Positions 1 through 14,147 of a stretch of DNA of 64,000 nt are shown piece by piece. Position numbers and translations under genes: made by a program. The first letter of the stretch is position 1, and each line of letters begins with the position of its first letter. A model generated the notes under the pieces. The model was not told the origin of the DNA. It saw only the letters and a list, made by a program, of their open reading frames with translations, and did not search any database. Source of the stretch: the human T2T-CHM13v2.0 reference genome, Homo sapiens; the NCBI RefSeq assembly GCF_009914755.1, contig NC_060931.1. The stretch is one strand, 5' to 3'.

Positions 1-336
1 GCCTTGGAGGCTGCCCTACAAACACACTCATTTTCTGAGTCCATCATTCTGCCCAACTTATTTTAATAAATGCTTATATAATAAAAACTTCCCTCTGATT
101 TTGTTTTTAAATTAAAAAAAATAAAGGGATACGGAAACGTCCACATATTTTATGAAAATGACCACAAATAACAAGTTCAACCAATTATAAATGCCTTATC
201 AGAATAGGTTAACACTTAAAGGCATAAACAAGCTATTAAGTAGTCCTGTAAAACATATTAAACTTATCAAAGTTTTTATTTCCCTAATAATCCACGTACA
301 GTCAAGCAAAAGAGATACGTTCTGAGAAATGCGTTG

Positions 337-1068
<732 letters not shown>

Positions 1069-1391
1069 GTTGTTAGGCTATTTCATGTTGCACGAACATC
1101 AGAGAGAGCACTTACAGACCTTCATGGTGTAGTGTATTTCTTCTAGGCTACAAACCTGTACAGCAACGTTAATGTACTGAATACTGTAGGCAACTGTAAC
1201 ATAATGTAAGAATTTGTACATTTAATGATCTATACATACAAAAGGTACAGTAAAAATACTCTATTATAATCCTATGGGACCACCTTTATGTATGCAGTCC
1301 ATGACCAAAACATCCTTATGAGGTGCATGACTACGGTTTTACTAAAGCTTGAAGAAAAGCCTCCAGGGTCATAATATTCTAAAATACTTCT

Positions 1392-1590
1392 TCACCTGGA
1401 ACTGCAGGTGGCCATCTTGCACCTTGAAGGGAGAGAGGAGCCTGATGGAGAAAAGCAGACTCCAGAAGCAAAGAGAAAAGAAAAGAATCTGGCTGTATCT
1501 ATGTCACTAAATTCAGCTCTGCCAGAGGTCAGGCCACTCCCCAACTCTTCCAATACATGAAACAATAAATTCTCAGTTTTTGCTTTCAAA
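1392..1590 (+). mobile_element. Old MaLR (MLT1-like) LTR fragment
   Basis: gccatcttg ... aataaattc pattern of MLT1 3' ends. Confidence 0.5.
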
Positions 1591-2019
1591 AAAAACAAAA
1601 GCACTTCTTCAAAACAACATCTGATTTTCTTCCCTGCAAATCTCTCACTGAAAGAACAGCTGACATTAGAAATCAACTAACCAGCATTTCTGCAATCTTG
1701 GTGGGGTGTTGGGGGATGGGCTTGTTTTCTTTGGCTCTCACTTCATCAGCTTGACTTGATATAGTAACACAGAGGGAGGAAATGGACACCCGTCCTTAAA
1801 AATGTATGAGTCAACTCAAATATACGCTGAATTTTTTAACCTTTAAACCCACCCTTCAGGGCACTATTGTGGCAAAAAGTTTCAGAGTTTCACACATACT
1901 TTTCCATCTCATCCCAAGTCGTGTCTTGGCCTTATGGTAATAGAATGAAATTCATTTTTTCTTTTATCCAACATTTTAAAAAACTAAACATAGCTATGAA
2001 ATAAGAATGTTGACATTTT

Positions 2020-2130
2020 AATATATCAGAACGTATTCATCCAAATTAATATTACCTTTTAAAGTAGTGCTCTTAGGAAATCACACTTGTTCTGATGACA
2101 TGGCCACTGTTCAAAACACTCTCTAAGCTG
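2020..2130. mobile_element. MARNA-like mariner relic
   Basis: aaagtagtgctcttaggaaatcacacttgttctgatgacatggccactgttcaaaaca resembles MARNA. Confidence 0.45.
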
Positions 2131-3012
2131 CCAACGTAAATCATTTATCAACAAATGCTTTCATTTTCTGTTGCCCTCAGGACCAAAGCTTTTTCACCCT
2201 TTACCTTTCTCACTTCATTCATCTGAATTTCACATTGTCCCACCTTCCACTGCTGTTAAAATCAATACTCAGAGGACCTCTTAGAGTCAAGATGCTTAAG
2301 AGAATGAGAGATGTGAGGAAGAGAGGCAAGAAGATTCTGTCTTCCAGGCTTCCTGCCTCAGGGTGAACCACACACAGAATTTTCCCCACTGTGTATTGGG
2401 GGAGGAGTGGCAACTGTGCACAAGAAGCTAAGTCTTCGCTATTATTCACTAATCTGGGAGGAGCACCGACCCAGAACCCACCTTCTTTCCTTCTTCACAC
2501 CCAGTGACATATTGCAAGGAAGAAGAAAAAGGAAAACCCAGTAACTGAGTCTGTGTCCTGGAACCCTCAAATTTTTATGCAGGAATCTTGGAGACCTTGT
2601 CCTTCATGATTTCATTTTACAATCTTTGTTGGGTGAGTAAAGATTACATGCAATCTTCCTGTAATTCCCTATCAGAAATGAAATGATCCTTAAGAGTTGC
2701 TTATTTTTTTCTTCCTCAAAAATTGCCTTAGCACTTAATTATAGTAAAATTACAATAGAAACTTCCTTGCAGTATTAGTTGGTCTTGCCACCTAAGACAT
2801 ATCCAACACCTCGTCACATCCAACTCAACCTGTTTTATTTCCCAACAGCATTAGGTAAACTACTAGACATTTGGTAGTTACTCAAGCTATCTCTGTTGAC
2901 CTAAAGTAAAAGTCTTCAGCAAAGACTGAGGCTCCACTTTTTGAGGAAACTGCTCCTTTGTCCTCATTCTTAATCTGGATAAATCCTACTTATTCTTTCG
3001 CTGTCTGCCTAA

Positions 3013-3341
<329 letters not shown>

Positions 3342-3479
3342 TTAGAGAGAATTCCCCTAACCACCCTCTCACCTAATGTAACACATATTTTACTAAAAAC
3401 TAATGTGACCTTTTACTTTTTCTTTAGACTTATCACAATTTGGAATCACATATTTGTGTAATTTGATAATCTAACACCA

Positions 3480-3580
3480 CCTATTGGTCCCTAAAGGCAC
3501 AGACTGTGACTGTCTTGTTCTGAGCTATATTCCCAGTGCCTGGCACATAGAAAGTTCTCGAGAAACATCTGTTACATTAG
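3480..3580 (+). mobile_element. L2 3' fragment
   Basis: tgtcttgttc...cccagtgcctggcacatag is the L2 terminus motif. Confidence 0.6.
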
Positions 3581-3799
3581 TGACTTAATGAAGGTCCTAT
3601 CCCATTTTGCTAAGGTAGTCTACAGTAGCCTTAACCCATAGTGATTAGAGCAATAAAAAGTAACTTTTCTTCACAAAAAAGGAGAGAATATCTGATACTA
3701 CCTGTTGAATGGACAGCATGAGAAGAGGAACAGCTGTGTACAGCAGAGGTGAAACTAAGGCACACAGAAACTAATTTATAGTTAACATTAACATACAGT

Positions 3800-3985
3800 G
3801 ATTAATATGTGCCAAATGCTACTTTAAGCTCCATGCATAATTAACTCACTTAATCCCTATAACAAGTCTATGAAAACAGTATGATTATCCTTCATACATG
3901 TGGAAACAAGCGTATAGAGACACTGAAAAACTTGCCCAAGATTGCACAGATACTAAGTGGTATAGAAAGATTCAAAACCTACACA
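3800..3985 (-). mobile_element. MIR
   Basis: atgtgccaa...ggaaac...aacttgcccaagattgcacag core. Confidence 0.7.
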
Positions 3986-4561
3986 TTTTGTAGATTCCCA
4001 ATGTTTGCTACATTAGTTTTCCACAGCTGCTGCAACAAGTTACCACAAGCACCGTCGCTTAAAACAACAGAAATTTACTCTCTCACAGCTCTGGAGGCCA
4101 GAAGTCTGAAATCAAGGTGTCAAGAGAGACACACTCCCCACAAAGGCTCAAAGGGAGGATCTGTCTTTGCCTTTTCCAGCTTCTGATGGCTCCTGATATT
4201 TTCTGGCTGGCAGCAGCATAACTCTAATGTCTGCCTCCATCTTCATATGGCCTTCCCCTCTGTGTCTCTGTGTCTTCTTTTCTGTCTCTGGTAAGGACAC
4301 TTGTCATTAGCTTTAGGGTCCACCCTAAATCCACGATGATCTCATCTTAACTTTAGATCGTCAAAGACCCTGTTTCCAAAAAGCTCACATTCACAGGTAC
4401 TAGGAGTTAGAACTTGAATATATCTTTTTTAATAGCTTCACTGACATATAATTCGCATACAATTCACCCATTTAAAGTATACCAAAGGCCCTGTTAACAT
4501 ATTCACAGATATATGCAACCATGATGACAATCAATTTTAGAATCTTTTCAAGAAGAAACCT

Positions 4562-5156
<595 letters not shown>

Positions 5157-5746
5157 TCAGAAATCTTATACGCATTAGCTATCATTCCTCTATGCCCAAC
5201 TTTCCCTCTTCCCCAGCGCTAAGCAACCACTGATCTACTTTGTGTCTCTATATAGACTTCCTTATTCTGGACTTTCAGGAAAAGTCTATAGTATGTGGTT
5301 TTTTGTGACTGGCTTCCTTCACGCAGCATGCTTTCAAGGTTTATCAATGTTGCAGCAAATATTAGTACTTCATTTCTTTTTATTACTGAATAATCATCAT
5401 TGTATGGATATAACACATTTTGTTTGGACATTCTATCCGCTGATAGATTTTTGCGTTGTTTCCACTTTTTCGTGATGATGAATAATGTTGCTAAATACAT
5501 GTTTCCGTGTGGATACAAATTTTTTATTTCTCTTGGGTATATAGCTAGGTGTGAAATTGCTGGGTCATGGCATAATTCTAAACTTTTAATTATTTGAGGA
5601 ACTCCCAAACTCTTTCCCAAAGTGGCTGTACCATTTTACATTTCCACTAGCAGTGTATGAGGGCTCCAACTTTTCTACAACCTCACAAACACATTGTTAT
5701 CTAACTTTTTAATCTAGATTCTAGTGGGTGTGTCTCATGGTTTTGA

Positions 5747-6058
5747 TTTTTTTTTTTTTTTTTTTTTTTTTTTGAGACAGAGTCTTACTCTGTCGCCCAG
5801 GCTGGAGTGCAGTGGTGGCAATCTCGGCTCACTGCAACCTCCACCTCCTGGGTTCAAGCAATTCTCCCACCTCAGCCTCCTGAGTAGCTGGTATTACAGG
5901 TGCACACCACCACACTTGGCTAATTTTTTTTGCATTTTTAGTAAAGACAGGGTTTCACCATGTTGGCCAGGCTGGTCTTGAACTCCTGACCTCAAGTGAT
6001 CCACCTGCCTCGGCCTCCCAAACTGTTGGGATTACAGGCATAAGCCACCTCACCCGGC
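5747..6058 (-). mobile_element. AluS
   Basis: Poly-T followed by a full antisense Alu. Confidence 0.92.
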
Positions 6059-6791
6059 TGTTCTGACTATGTTTCTACGATGCCTAATGATGTTGAGCAT
6101 CTTTTCACATGTTTACTGGGTCATTCATATATCTTCCTGGGAGAAATGTCTATTAAAATCCTTTGCCCATTTAATTGAGTTACTTGTCTTATGCTGGCGT
6201 TGTAAGACTTCTTCATATATTCTAGATACAAATTCCTTATCAGATATATGATTTGCAAATATTTTATCCCATTCTGTGAATTGTTTTTCACTTTATTGAT
6301 GGTGTTCTCTGGAGCACAAGTTTTTAATTTTGATAAAGTCCAATTTACCTATTTATCATTTTGTTGCTCATGCTCTTGGTGTCATATCTAAGAATCCTTC
6401 GCCAAATCCAAAGTCATAAAGATTTACCTCTGTGTTTTCTCCTAACAATTTTATAGGACATCTTTGGGGGTTGGGGAGGTGGGCCACTATTCAACCCACT
6501 AAACAACCCATACAATAGATAAATATTATTAAATTGTAACTCCGTGGGTACAGAACCACACAAGAGAAGGCAAGGGAGACCAATGATCAGTGGCTTGACT
6601 GATCTAGGCACCTTATTTTCCAGCAATCTAGTTTATAAATAGGTTAACAGGTAGCTACATTTCAGAATCATCAACACAGATGTCACATACACACACTCAA
6701 AAATGTCTTTCACATTAATTTCAAAAAGAACCAAAACTCCGAAGTCAAAGACCTTTGTTTAGACATTGGCTCTTGCTATTCATTCACTACA

Positions 6792-7821
6792 CAGTGGTAA
6801 CCCCTCCTCTGAGAGGTATACATTCCAAGACTCCCAGTGGATGCCTGAAACCACAGACAGTACCAAATCCTATACAGACTATGTTATATAAACATATAGA
6901 CTATGTTTTCTGGTTTGTTTTTTTTTCTTTTTAAGGCAAGGTCTCACTCCATCACCCAGGCTGGAGCACACAGCTCACTGCAGCCTCAACCTCCTAGGCT
7001 CAAGTAATCCTCCCACCTCAGCCTCCCAAGTAGCTGGGACTACAGGCACACACAACCACGCCCAGCATTTTTTTTTTTTTTTTTTTTTTTTGAGACAGAG
7101 TCTCCCTCTGTCATCCAGGCTGGACTGCAGTGGTGCAATCTCGGCTTATTGCAACCTCCGCCTCCTGGACTCAAGCGATTCTCATGTCTCAGCCTCCCAA
7201 GTAGCTGAAACCACAGACACACGCCACCGCGCCTGGCTAATTTTTGTATTTTTAGTAGAGCCGGGGTTTCGCCACATTGGCCAGGCTGGTCTTGAACTCC
7301 TGGCCTCAGGTGATCCGCCTGCCTTGGCCTCCCAAAATGCTGGGATTATAGGCACAAGACACTGCGCCCAGCCAGTTTTTCTTTATATATACACTCCTAT
7401 GATAAAGTTTAATTTATAAATTAGTCACAGTAAGAAATTAACAACAACAATAAAATAGAACAATTATAACAATATGCGAGCAACACTACTCTTGCGCTTT
7501 GGACCATTATGAAATAAAATAAGGGTTACCTGAAAATAAGCACGCGATATCACAACACCCGATCACTGAGGCGGCTAGTAAGTGACTAATGGGCCAGGGA
7601 GTGTCTGCAGCATGGAGACGCTGGACAAAGGGATGATTCACATCCAGGTTGGGACAGAGCTGGACAGCACAAGATTTCATCATGCTACTCAGAACGGCAT
7701 GCAATTTAAAACTTATAAATTGTTTATTTCTTGAATTTTGTACTTAACATTTTCAGACCACATTTGACCATAGGTAACTGAAATCGTAGAAAGTGAAACT
7801 GCAGATAATAAGAACCACTAT
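6792..7821 (-). mobile_element. MER44 (Tigger7-derived) DNA element, interrupted by Alus
   Basis: ccaagactcccagtggatgcctgaaacc...gatttcatcatgctactcagaacggc...ggtaactgaaatc. Confidence 0.8.
6915..7373 (-). mobile_element. AluS (7067-7373) plus an orphan AluJ right arm (6915-7066)
   Basis: Two adjacent antisense Alu segments. Confidence 0.88.
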
Positions 7822-7834
7822 ATAACATTAGGGA

Positions 7835-7960
7835 TATTATTTAGCTTCTCCAAGCATTGGCTTCTTGATAGCACTTCTGTTGCAAAGATAAAATGAGATA
7901 ATACATACAAAATATTTAGCAAAAGACCTGACACATAGTAGGTGCTCACTAAATACTGTA
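7835..7960 (+). mobile_element. MIR/L2 fragment
   Basis: aaatgagataat...cctgacacatagtaggtgctca. Confidence 0.6.
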
Positions 7961-9279
7961 TTAGATTCTTTTCTCTCCCTTTCAAAACATAAATATCTCC
8001 TTCATGCAGGGATAAGCCTTATTCTTAAGGCAGCCTTCCTTCATACCTACCTAAAATTAGCAACACTAAAGAAATAAGAAACTTGTTGGGAAACAGAGGT
8101 AAGCCTGGTAACTTCAGAGTATGAGGTAATTCAGGCAGAGCATCAGAAAGCTCTAGAATTCTGGGAAAAAGCAGGAGAGAGTCACAAAGCAGTGATGATC
8201 ATTACAGTCGTTCCACATACAAGCTGGAAGTACTACAGGCATAGAGGGAAGAGTACCTGTGTCTGTAACAACGTAAAAGGTCACAAGCTTCTGCTTTGCC
8301 AGTCTAGGGTAATAGTCCCCATTCAATTCCTACCCCACTCTTTGGTTAAATTCTGTTTTTAATTGAAGATATTTCCTCTGTTTAGAGATCAAGTACCCTT
8401 GTTACTCTTACTAACAGATAAACCACTGTAAAATGGCAATACCAAATAGATGTGTTATCCCAAAAAGTAATAACTGTCTCCTCAAAATAACTACTAATTG
8501 GTTCATCTCAGACTGAATATCAACTTGAAATGCTCACCATCTCTGAAGATGGTAAAAGGCCGCCTTTCCCAGATTCTCTACTATACGACTGATCAAATCT
8601 CTCCAACAAGGCTACTAAGTCCCTACATTAATTAAGCCTGTAAGCCTGCTATACTGGGAGTGTAATATCCGTATTCAGAGACTGAACAGGCAGAAGCAGC
8701 CACAACACTACCCTGAAAAGTTCCAAAGTCATACTTCCATCCTCACACTATACTGCTGCAATTTCCATATGGCACAAAAACCATGGAAAGGAAAAAGATT
8801 CAGATATATAGTTCTGAAAATGGCTTCTAAGTTACCTAAAGCTGTTCTGTAACTAGGTATAGCATTTTTCAGTATTTACTTTCAAGTCTATTATCTAGAA
8901 GCTGGCTGTGTAATTTTTTTCTCACCTTTTTCTCAGGAATTTTTTAGTATTCTCTGTTCTGGGATCACACACTATCCTCAGTTACCACTCTACAACTTGA
9001 CCAAGAAGAATTTCCCTCATATCTAGAAAAAACAAACTATATTCGGATACTGATACATGGTCTCCTGTAATTTGAGTTATTGATAAAGTTTAACAAATCC
9101 AAACAACTCAAGACTTAACCAGCAGATGTTATCATCCAACATGATAAACTCTGGTACCAAAATTCTTTAAACATGAATGATAGCCTAAAAACACTAGAGA
9201 TCCACTATAACTCAACTCTTCATTATAGGACATAGTGTTTTTAGGCTGTCTCCTGGTTTATGGCCAATAACTAATAATT

Positions 9280-9480
9280 ATTCACAAAGTGCTGCCATAT
9301 GATGTTTTCAAAGTATGTTCACATACATTCTCTCATTTGAGCTTCACAACCTAATGGCATAGGTTGTCATCGTTCACATTTTAAGAATGAGGAAATCAGC
9401 AGAAGTGATGTAACTTGCCCCCAGTAAGAAAGCATGTATCTGAGCTTCAACTCAAACTAAGCTTTATATCTCTAAGCCTA
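9280..9480 (-). mobile_element. MIR
   Basis: tctcatttgagcttcacaac...atgaggaaat...taacttgccc. Confidence 0.65.
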
Positions 9481-9850
9481 CTCTTGTTTTAAAGACATAT
9501 GTGCTTTTAATAACACAGGAGGTTATTTCCACCAAACTAACTACTTTAACAGCACAATCAGTAAAGTTACTATCTCAGAAAACTGATACAGAGCTAAAAC
9601 AAGGCCCTCTGACCAAATGTGCAAAATGTTCCAAGTCACCTGCCAAAGAATAGATACCCCTGAATGTCTAACGAGAACTCTCCTTTACTGCAAATCTGGA
9701 TGTTGGATGAATGATTACATATATATAAAATTAACACTGAATTAGGTTTACAACTCCATTGGGTATACTTCTAAGAAGCTGTCACTTATTTGAATGTATA
9801 TTCATTTTTCATTCTCAAAATCTAAAACAAATCTAAAGAAAAGGTCTTAC

Positions 9851-10011
9851 CTGTTCACCTGCATCTTGAAACTCTTTGCAGGCATCAGGGAACACATCAT
9901 AAATAATAAGTGGATAGCCATGTTTCATGAGATTTTTTGCCATTGGATTCCCCATGTTGCCCAGTCCAATGAATCCAACTGGAGTCTTTGAAGCCACTGA
10001 CCTAGAACACA
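9851..10011 (-). CDS. HIBADH: HIBADH exon 2 (VCSRSVASKTPVGFIGLGNMGNPMAKNLMKHGYPLIIYDVFPDACKEFQDAGEQ), start of the NAD-binding Rossmann fold
   Basis: Acceptor aatcag|TG and donor CAG|GTAAGA. 161 nt; 91+161=252 nt = 84 codons in frame with exon 1. GFIGLGNMG is the beta-hydroxyacid dehydrogenase signature. Confidence 0.98.
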
Positions 10012-10128
10012 CTGATTTCAATACATTATTTTCAATAGGGGCAAATAACATTTTTTATTGTAAACATTCATTTAATATTAGCAAGTCAATTGTTAGATTT
10101 TTTTTTTTTAATAAAAGAAACTTTCAGG

Positions 10129-10258
10129 AACCAGGTGCAGTGGTGCACACCTATAATCCCAGCTACTTGGGAGGCTGAGGTAGGAGGACTGCTCGAGCCC
10201 AGGAGTTTTAGAACAGCCTAGGCAACACAGTGAGATCCCATCTCAAAAATAAATAATA
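10129..10258 (+). mobile_element. FLAM (free left Alu monomer)
   Basis: Single monomer with an A-rich tail. Confidence 0.85.
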
Positions 10259-10835
10259 ATATTTATTAAAAAAAAAACCCACTAACTTTTAAAAGGCAAA
10301 TTTTAAACTAATGGACCTAACCACATTTAAAGTTATCAACAATGTGCAGGCAGACTAACTTCTAATTATTTAGTTTTCTGGGGCACATTCACAAAATTTT
10401 AAGCATTTTTCCTGTTTTGTACCTGTATAACATTCTTTTACCATTTTTAACAATAAACTAAATAATGTTATCATTTATAAAACACCTAATATGTAATTTA
10501 CTTATAATGTGAAGTATTCCATATTATCTCCCTTAATAATGTGTATAAAAGACAGAAAGTATTCAAAAAGACGTAAGTCTTGGACCAGCTTCAAGAATGG
10601 AAAAACTTTTTACCTTCCCACTCCCACAGTTACAGAAACCATCCCCTCCAATGATACAAAAAAAAAAAAACTCAAAAAGATGTTAAACCCAGGAGAATGG
10701 AATCACCAGTTTATAAAGGTGGTCCTGGGGTAGAAAGGGGAGATACCTCCATAGGCTTTAAATGGCAAGTGTAACAGTATCAGGACCTTGGTCTAACAAC
10801 TCTGAACTTTCAGAAAAGAGAGACTTCCTTATTAT

Positions 10836-10839
10836 ATTT

Positions 10840-10882
<43 letters not shown>

Positions 10883-11085
10883 TTTTTTGAGACGGAGTCT
10901 CACTCTGTCACCCAGATTGGAGGGCAGTAATGCAATCTCGGCTCACTGAAGCCTCTGCCTATTGGGTTCAAGCAATTCTCATGCCTTAGCCTCCGGTGTA
11001 GCTGGGATCACAGACACGCACCACCATGCCTGGCTAATTTTTGTCCTTTTAATAGAGACAGAGTTTCACCATGTTGACCAGGCTG
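10836..11085 (-). mobile_element. 5'-truncated AluS with a (TTTA)n tail
   Basis: Body ends abruptly at ...gaccaggctg. Confidence 0.9.
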
Positions 11086-11725
11086 CCATTAAAAAAAAAA
11101 AAAAAAAAAGCCTTAAAAACTACACAGGTTTTATTTATTCTTTTATTTTTCATATAAGACTTTTTGAAATTACTCCGTGGGCATATGAATCAAAGTAATG
11201 CGTTACAGAGTGGGGAGGCTTTACAGTACTATGGAAATAGCGTTAGATGCAATTTTTCACTTTCTAGATTTAGAACTCCACTCAATAAATATTCACTGCA
11301 TGAAGTACTATGACAGAGCTCAGAGACAGACACAAGCAACGTATGGTCCCTGTCCTTTAAAAGCTCACAGTCTAGTGAGGGAAAAGAGAGAAGTAACTCT
11401 CCTTGCTCTTCCATTTCCCAGCATTCTTTTTCTTTTTTCTTTCAAGAACTCCAGCTTTAAAATTTGTAGTGCAACAACTAATCACAGTCCCTCTTTTAAG
11501 TTTCAGGTCCCCTCAACTGAACTTAATCTGCTCTTCCCTGAACTGAATCTGAATGGAATGAGATTTGTTAAAAGCAAATTATTTGAAGCCCTAATGCTTA
11601 AGAACTAGAGGTCTTCTTGGGTTGGAAGCATATTTAATTCCTTTAACTTAATGACTGACTCTAACACTTCCATTAAATGTGGGTGTCATTTCTGTGCAAC
11701 ATCATTTAACAGGCGCTAAGTTTAA

Positions 11726-11769
11726 TACACTGGTATAATAGTACACTGGTATAATAGTACACTGGTATA
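11726..11769. repeat. 16-bp tandem repeat (TACACTGGTATAATAG) x2.75
   Basis: Perfect copies at 11726 and 11742, partial copy at 11758. Confidence 0.95.
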
Positions 11770-12064
11770 GTTTGTCTTTCTGGCCTGCAAGGAATTCAAT
11801 GACAGAAAAGTGACACCAAACTGAAATTTTATTTTGATATTAAACAGAATGAGTACACTTCATCAGAGAACTCTAACTAATGCTCATAAACAAACTAGCA
11901 ATAATAGCCAGAAAGAAAATGTGGCATTACTGTGTTAAGGTTGAAAAGGTGTAATTTAGCAATCTAAAAACTTCAGCAACTAGGAAGATTATAATTTAAA
12001 GACAGTTAATTTAACAGGCAATTCACTCTAGGTCAAACAATTCATAAGTATGGTCACGTAGAAC

Positions 12065-12640
12065 CACAATTCATTCACAAATTCAACAAACACTAAGCAA
12101 CTATCACATGTACCAAAAGAGATGCCAAAGAAGGTAAGAGACACAGTCCTTGCCTTCAACAAGCTTAAAACCAAGAAGAAATAAACCATGTACATAAACA
12201 CTAACATAAGACAGTTAAAGATAAAAACACAATGCTGATGAAAAATGAGAATTCATGGTGTGGGAACTTGAGGAATGTGGCATCTGACCTGGATATTATA
12301 CAAGGGGTAGGATTTCAAATGGATAGGAGGGTAAGGAGGAGGGGAACTCCATACAGAAAAAGGAACATGAATATATACAAGGAACTAGAAGAGCCATGAA
12401 GAAATGACAGTAATAGTTAATATTTACTGCAATTTTACTACATGCCAGACACTATGCTAAGCACTTTATAAACAGACCTATTACCATATGCTATATATGA
12501 AGCCCATCTTACAGCTGAGAACCCTGATGCTGAGTTGAAGTAAAATACCTAATACTTTACTAAGTTGTAATGCCAAGATTCAAATCCAGACATTCTAATT
12601 CTAGAGTCTCCACTTGTAAACATTGTATGATACTGCCCTC
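12065..12640 (-). mobile_element. L2 fragment followed by MIR (~12410-12640)
   Basis: attcattcacaaattcaacaaacact...cagtccttgccttc; atgccagacactatgctaagcacttt...ccatcttacagctgag. Confidence 0.6.
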
Positions 12641-12909
12641 TATTCTTCCTAAAGAATGCACAAAGAAACAAAACAGCAAGAGATTAAGATTAAAAAAAAA
12701 ATGCAACCATAATGTGGAAGGATAGAAGGATGCTAAACAACTTGTATTTTGTAGGCAAGAGGTAGTTATTGAAACAGTGGGCAAGAGAAATGACAGATGA
12801 GACTTACACTTTAGGAACAGAAATGAGGCAGCAGTGTACAATGAATGAACTTGAAGAAAAGAGCCTGGAGGCAAGAAGACCAATATAAAAGTGACAGTAA
12901 TCCTCTAGA

Positions 12910-13573
12910 TGCCTTAGTTTGAGCTACTATAACAAATATACCATAATGGCTTAAATAACGAACACTTATTTCTCACAGTTCTGGAGGCCAGGAAGTCCAA
13001 CATGAAGGTGACAGCAGATCCAGTGTCTGGTAGGTCCACTTCCTCGTTTGCTGATGGCCATTTTCTCACTGTATCCTCACATGGTAGAGAGCAGAAAGAG
13101 AAGCCACTCTCATGTCTCTCTGTACAACAGCACTAATCCTATTCACAGGAGCTCTATCCGCATGATCTAATTGCCTCCCAAAGGGCCTAGCTCCTAATAT
13201 CATTATATTGAGGGTTAGGAATTTTGGCCAGGCGCAGCGGCTCACGCCTGTAATCCCAGCACTTTGGGAGGCCAAAGTGGGTGGATCACCTGAGGTCAGG
13301 AGTTTGAGACCAACCTGGCCAACATGGTGAAACCCAGTCTTTACTAAAAATACAAAAATTATCCAGGCATGGTGGCATGTGCTTGTAATCCCAGTTACTC
13401 AGGAGGGTGAGGCAGGAGGATTGCTTGAACATAGGGGGTGGAGGATGCAGCGAGCCAAGATCGCACCACTGCACTCCAGCCTGGGTGACAGAGCGAGACT
13501 CCGTCTCAAAAAAGAAAAAAAAAGGAATTCAACATATAAATTTTGTGGGGACATAAAATTTCAGTCCATAACA
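12910..13573 (-). mobile_element. MLT1A0-type LTR split by an Alu
   Basis: ttatttctcacagttctggaggccaggaagtccaa... resumes after the Alu as caacatataaattttgtggggac...cagtccataaca. Confidence 0.8.
13226..13523 (+). mobile_element. AluSx-type
   Basis: Full dimer; TSD ~aggaatt. Confidence 0.92.
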
Positions 13574-13832
13574 AAGTCAAAATTAATAAAGTGTGGTAGC
13601 CACAGGAAAAGACAGGTATAAAAACTATTTCAAAGACAGAAGTAAAAGGATAAAACAATGGATTGGATTATAGGCTAAAATAAGGGTGAGGTCCAAAATG
13701 ACAGTAAGAGAATAGTGTTATCAATACCTAAGTGAAGAAATCAAGGAGAGCTGGCTCAGTTTTACCCAGGGTAACTATGAACTGTCAATGAGCTGAAAAG
13801 ATGTCCAACAGACTATTAGAAATACCATGACC

Positions 13833-14147
<315 letters not shown>

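Noticed and set aside
5219-5620. 133-aa ORF, and similarly 14693..14977 and 34726..35019
   Set aside because: Decayed L1 ORF2, ORF1 and 3'UTR remnants.
9833-10051. 72-aa ORF as a standalone small dehydrogenase
   Set aside because: It is HIBADH exon 2 plus intronic flanks.
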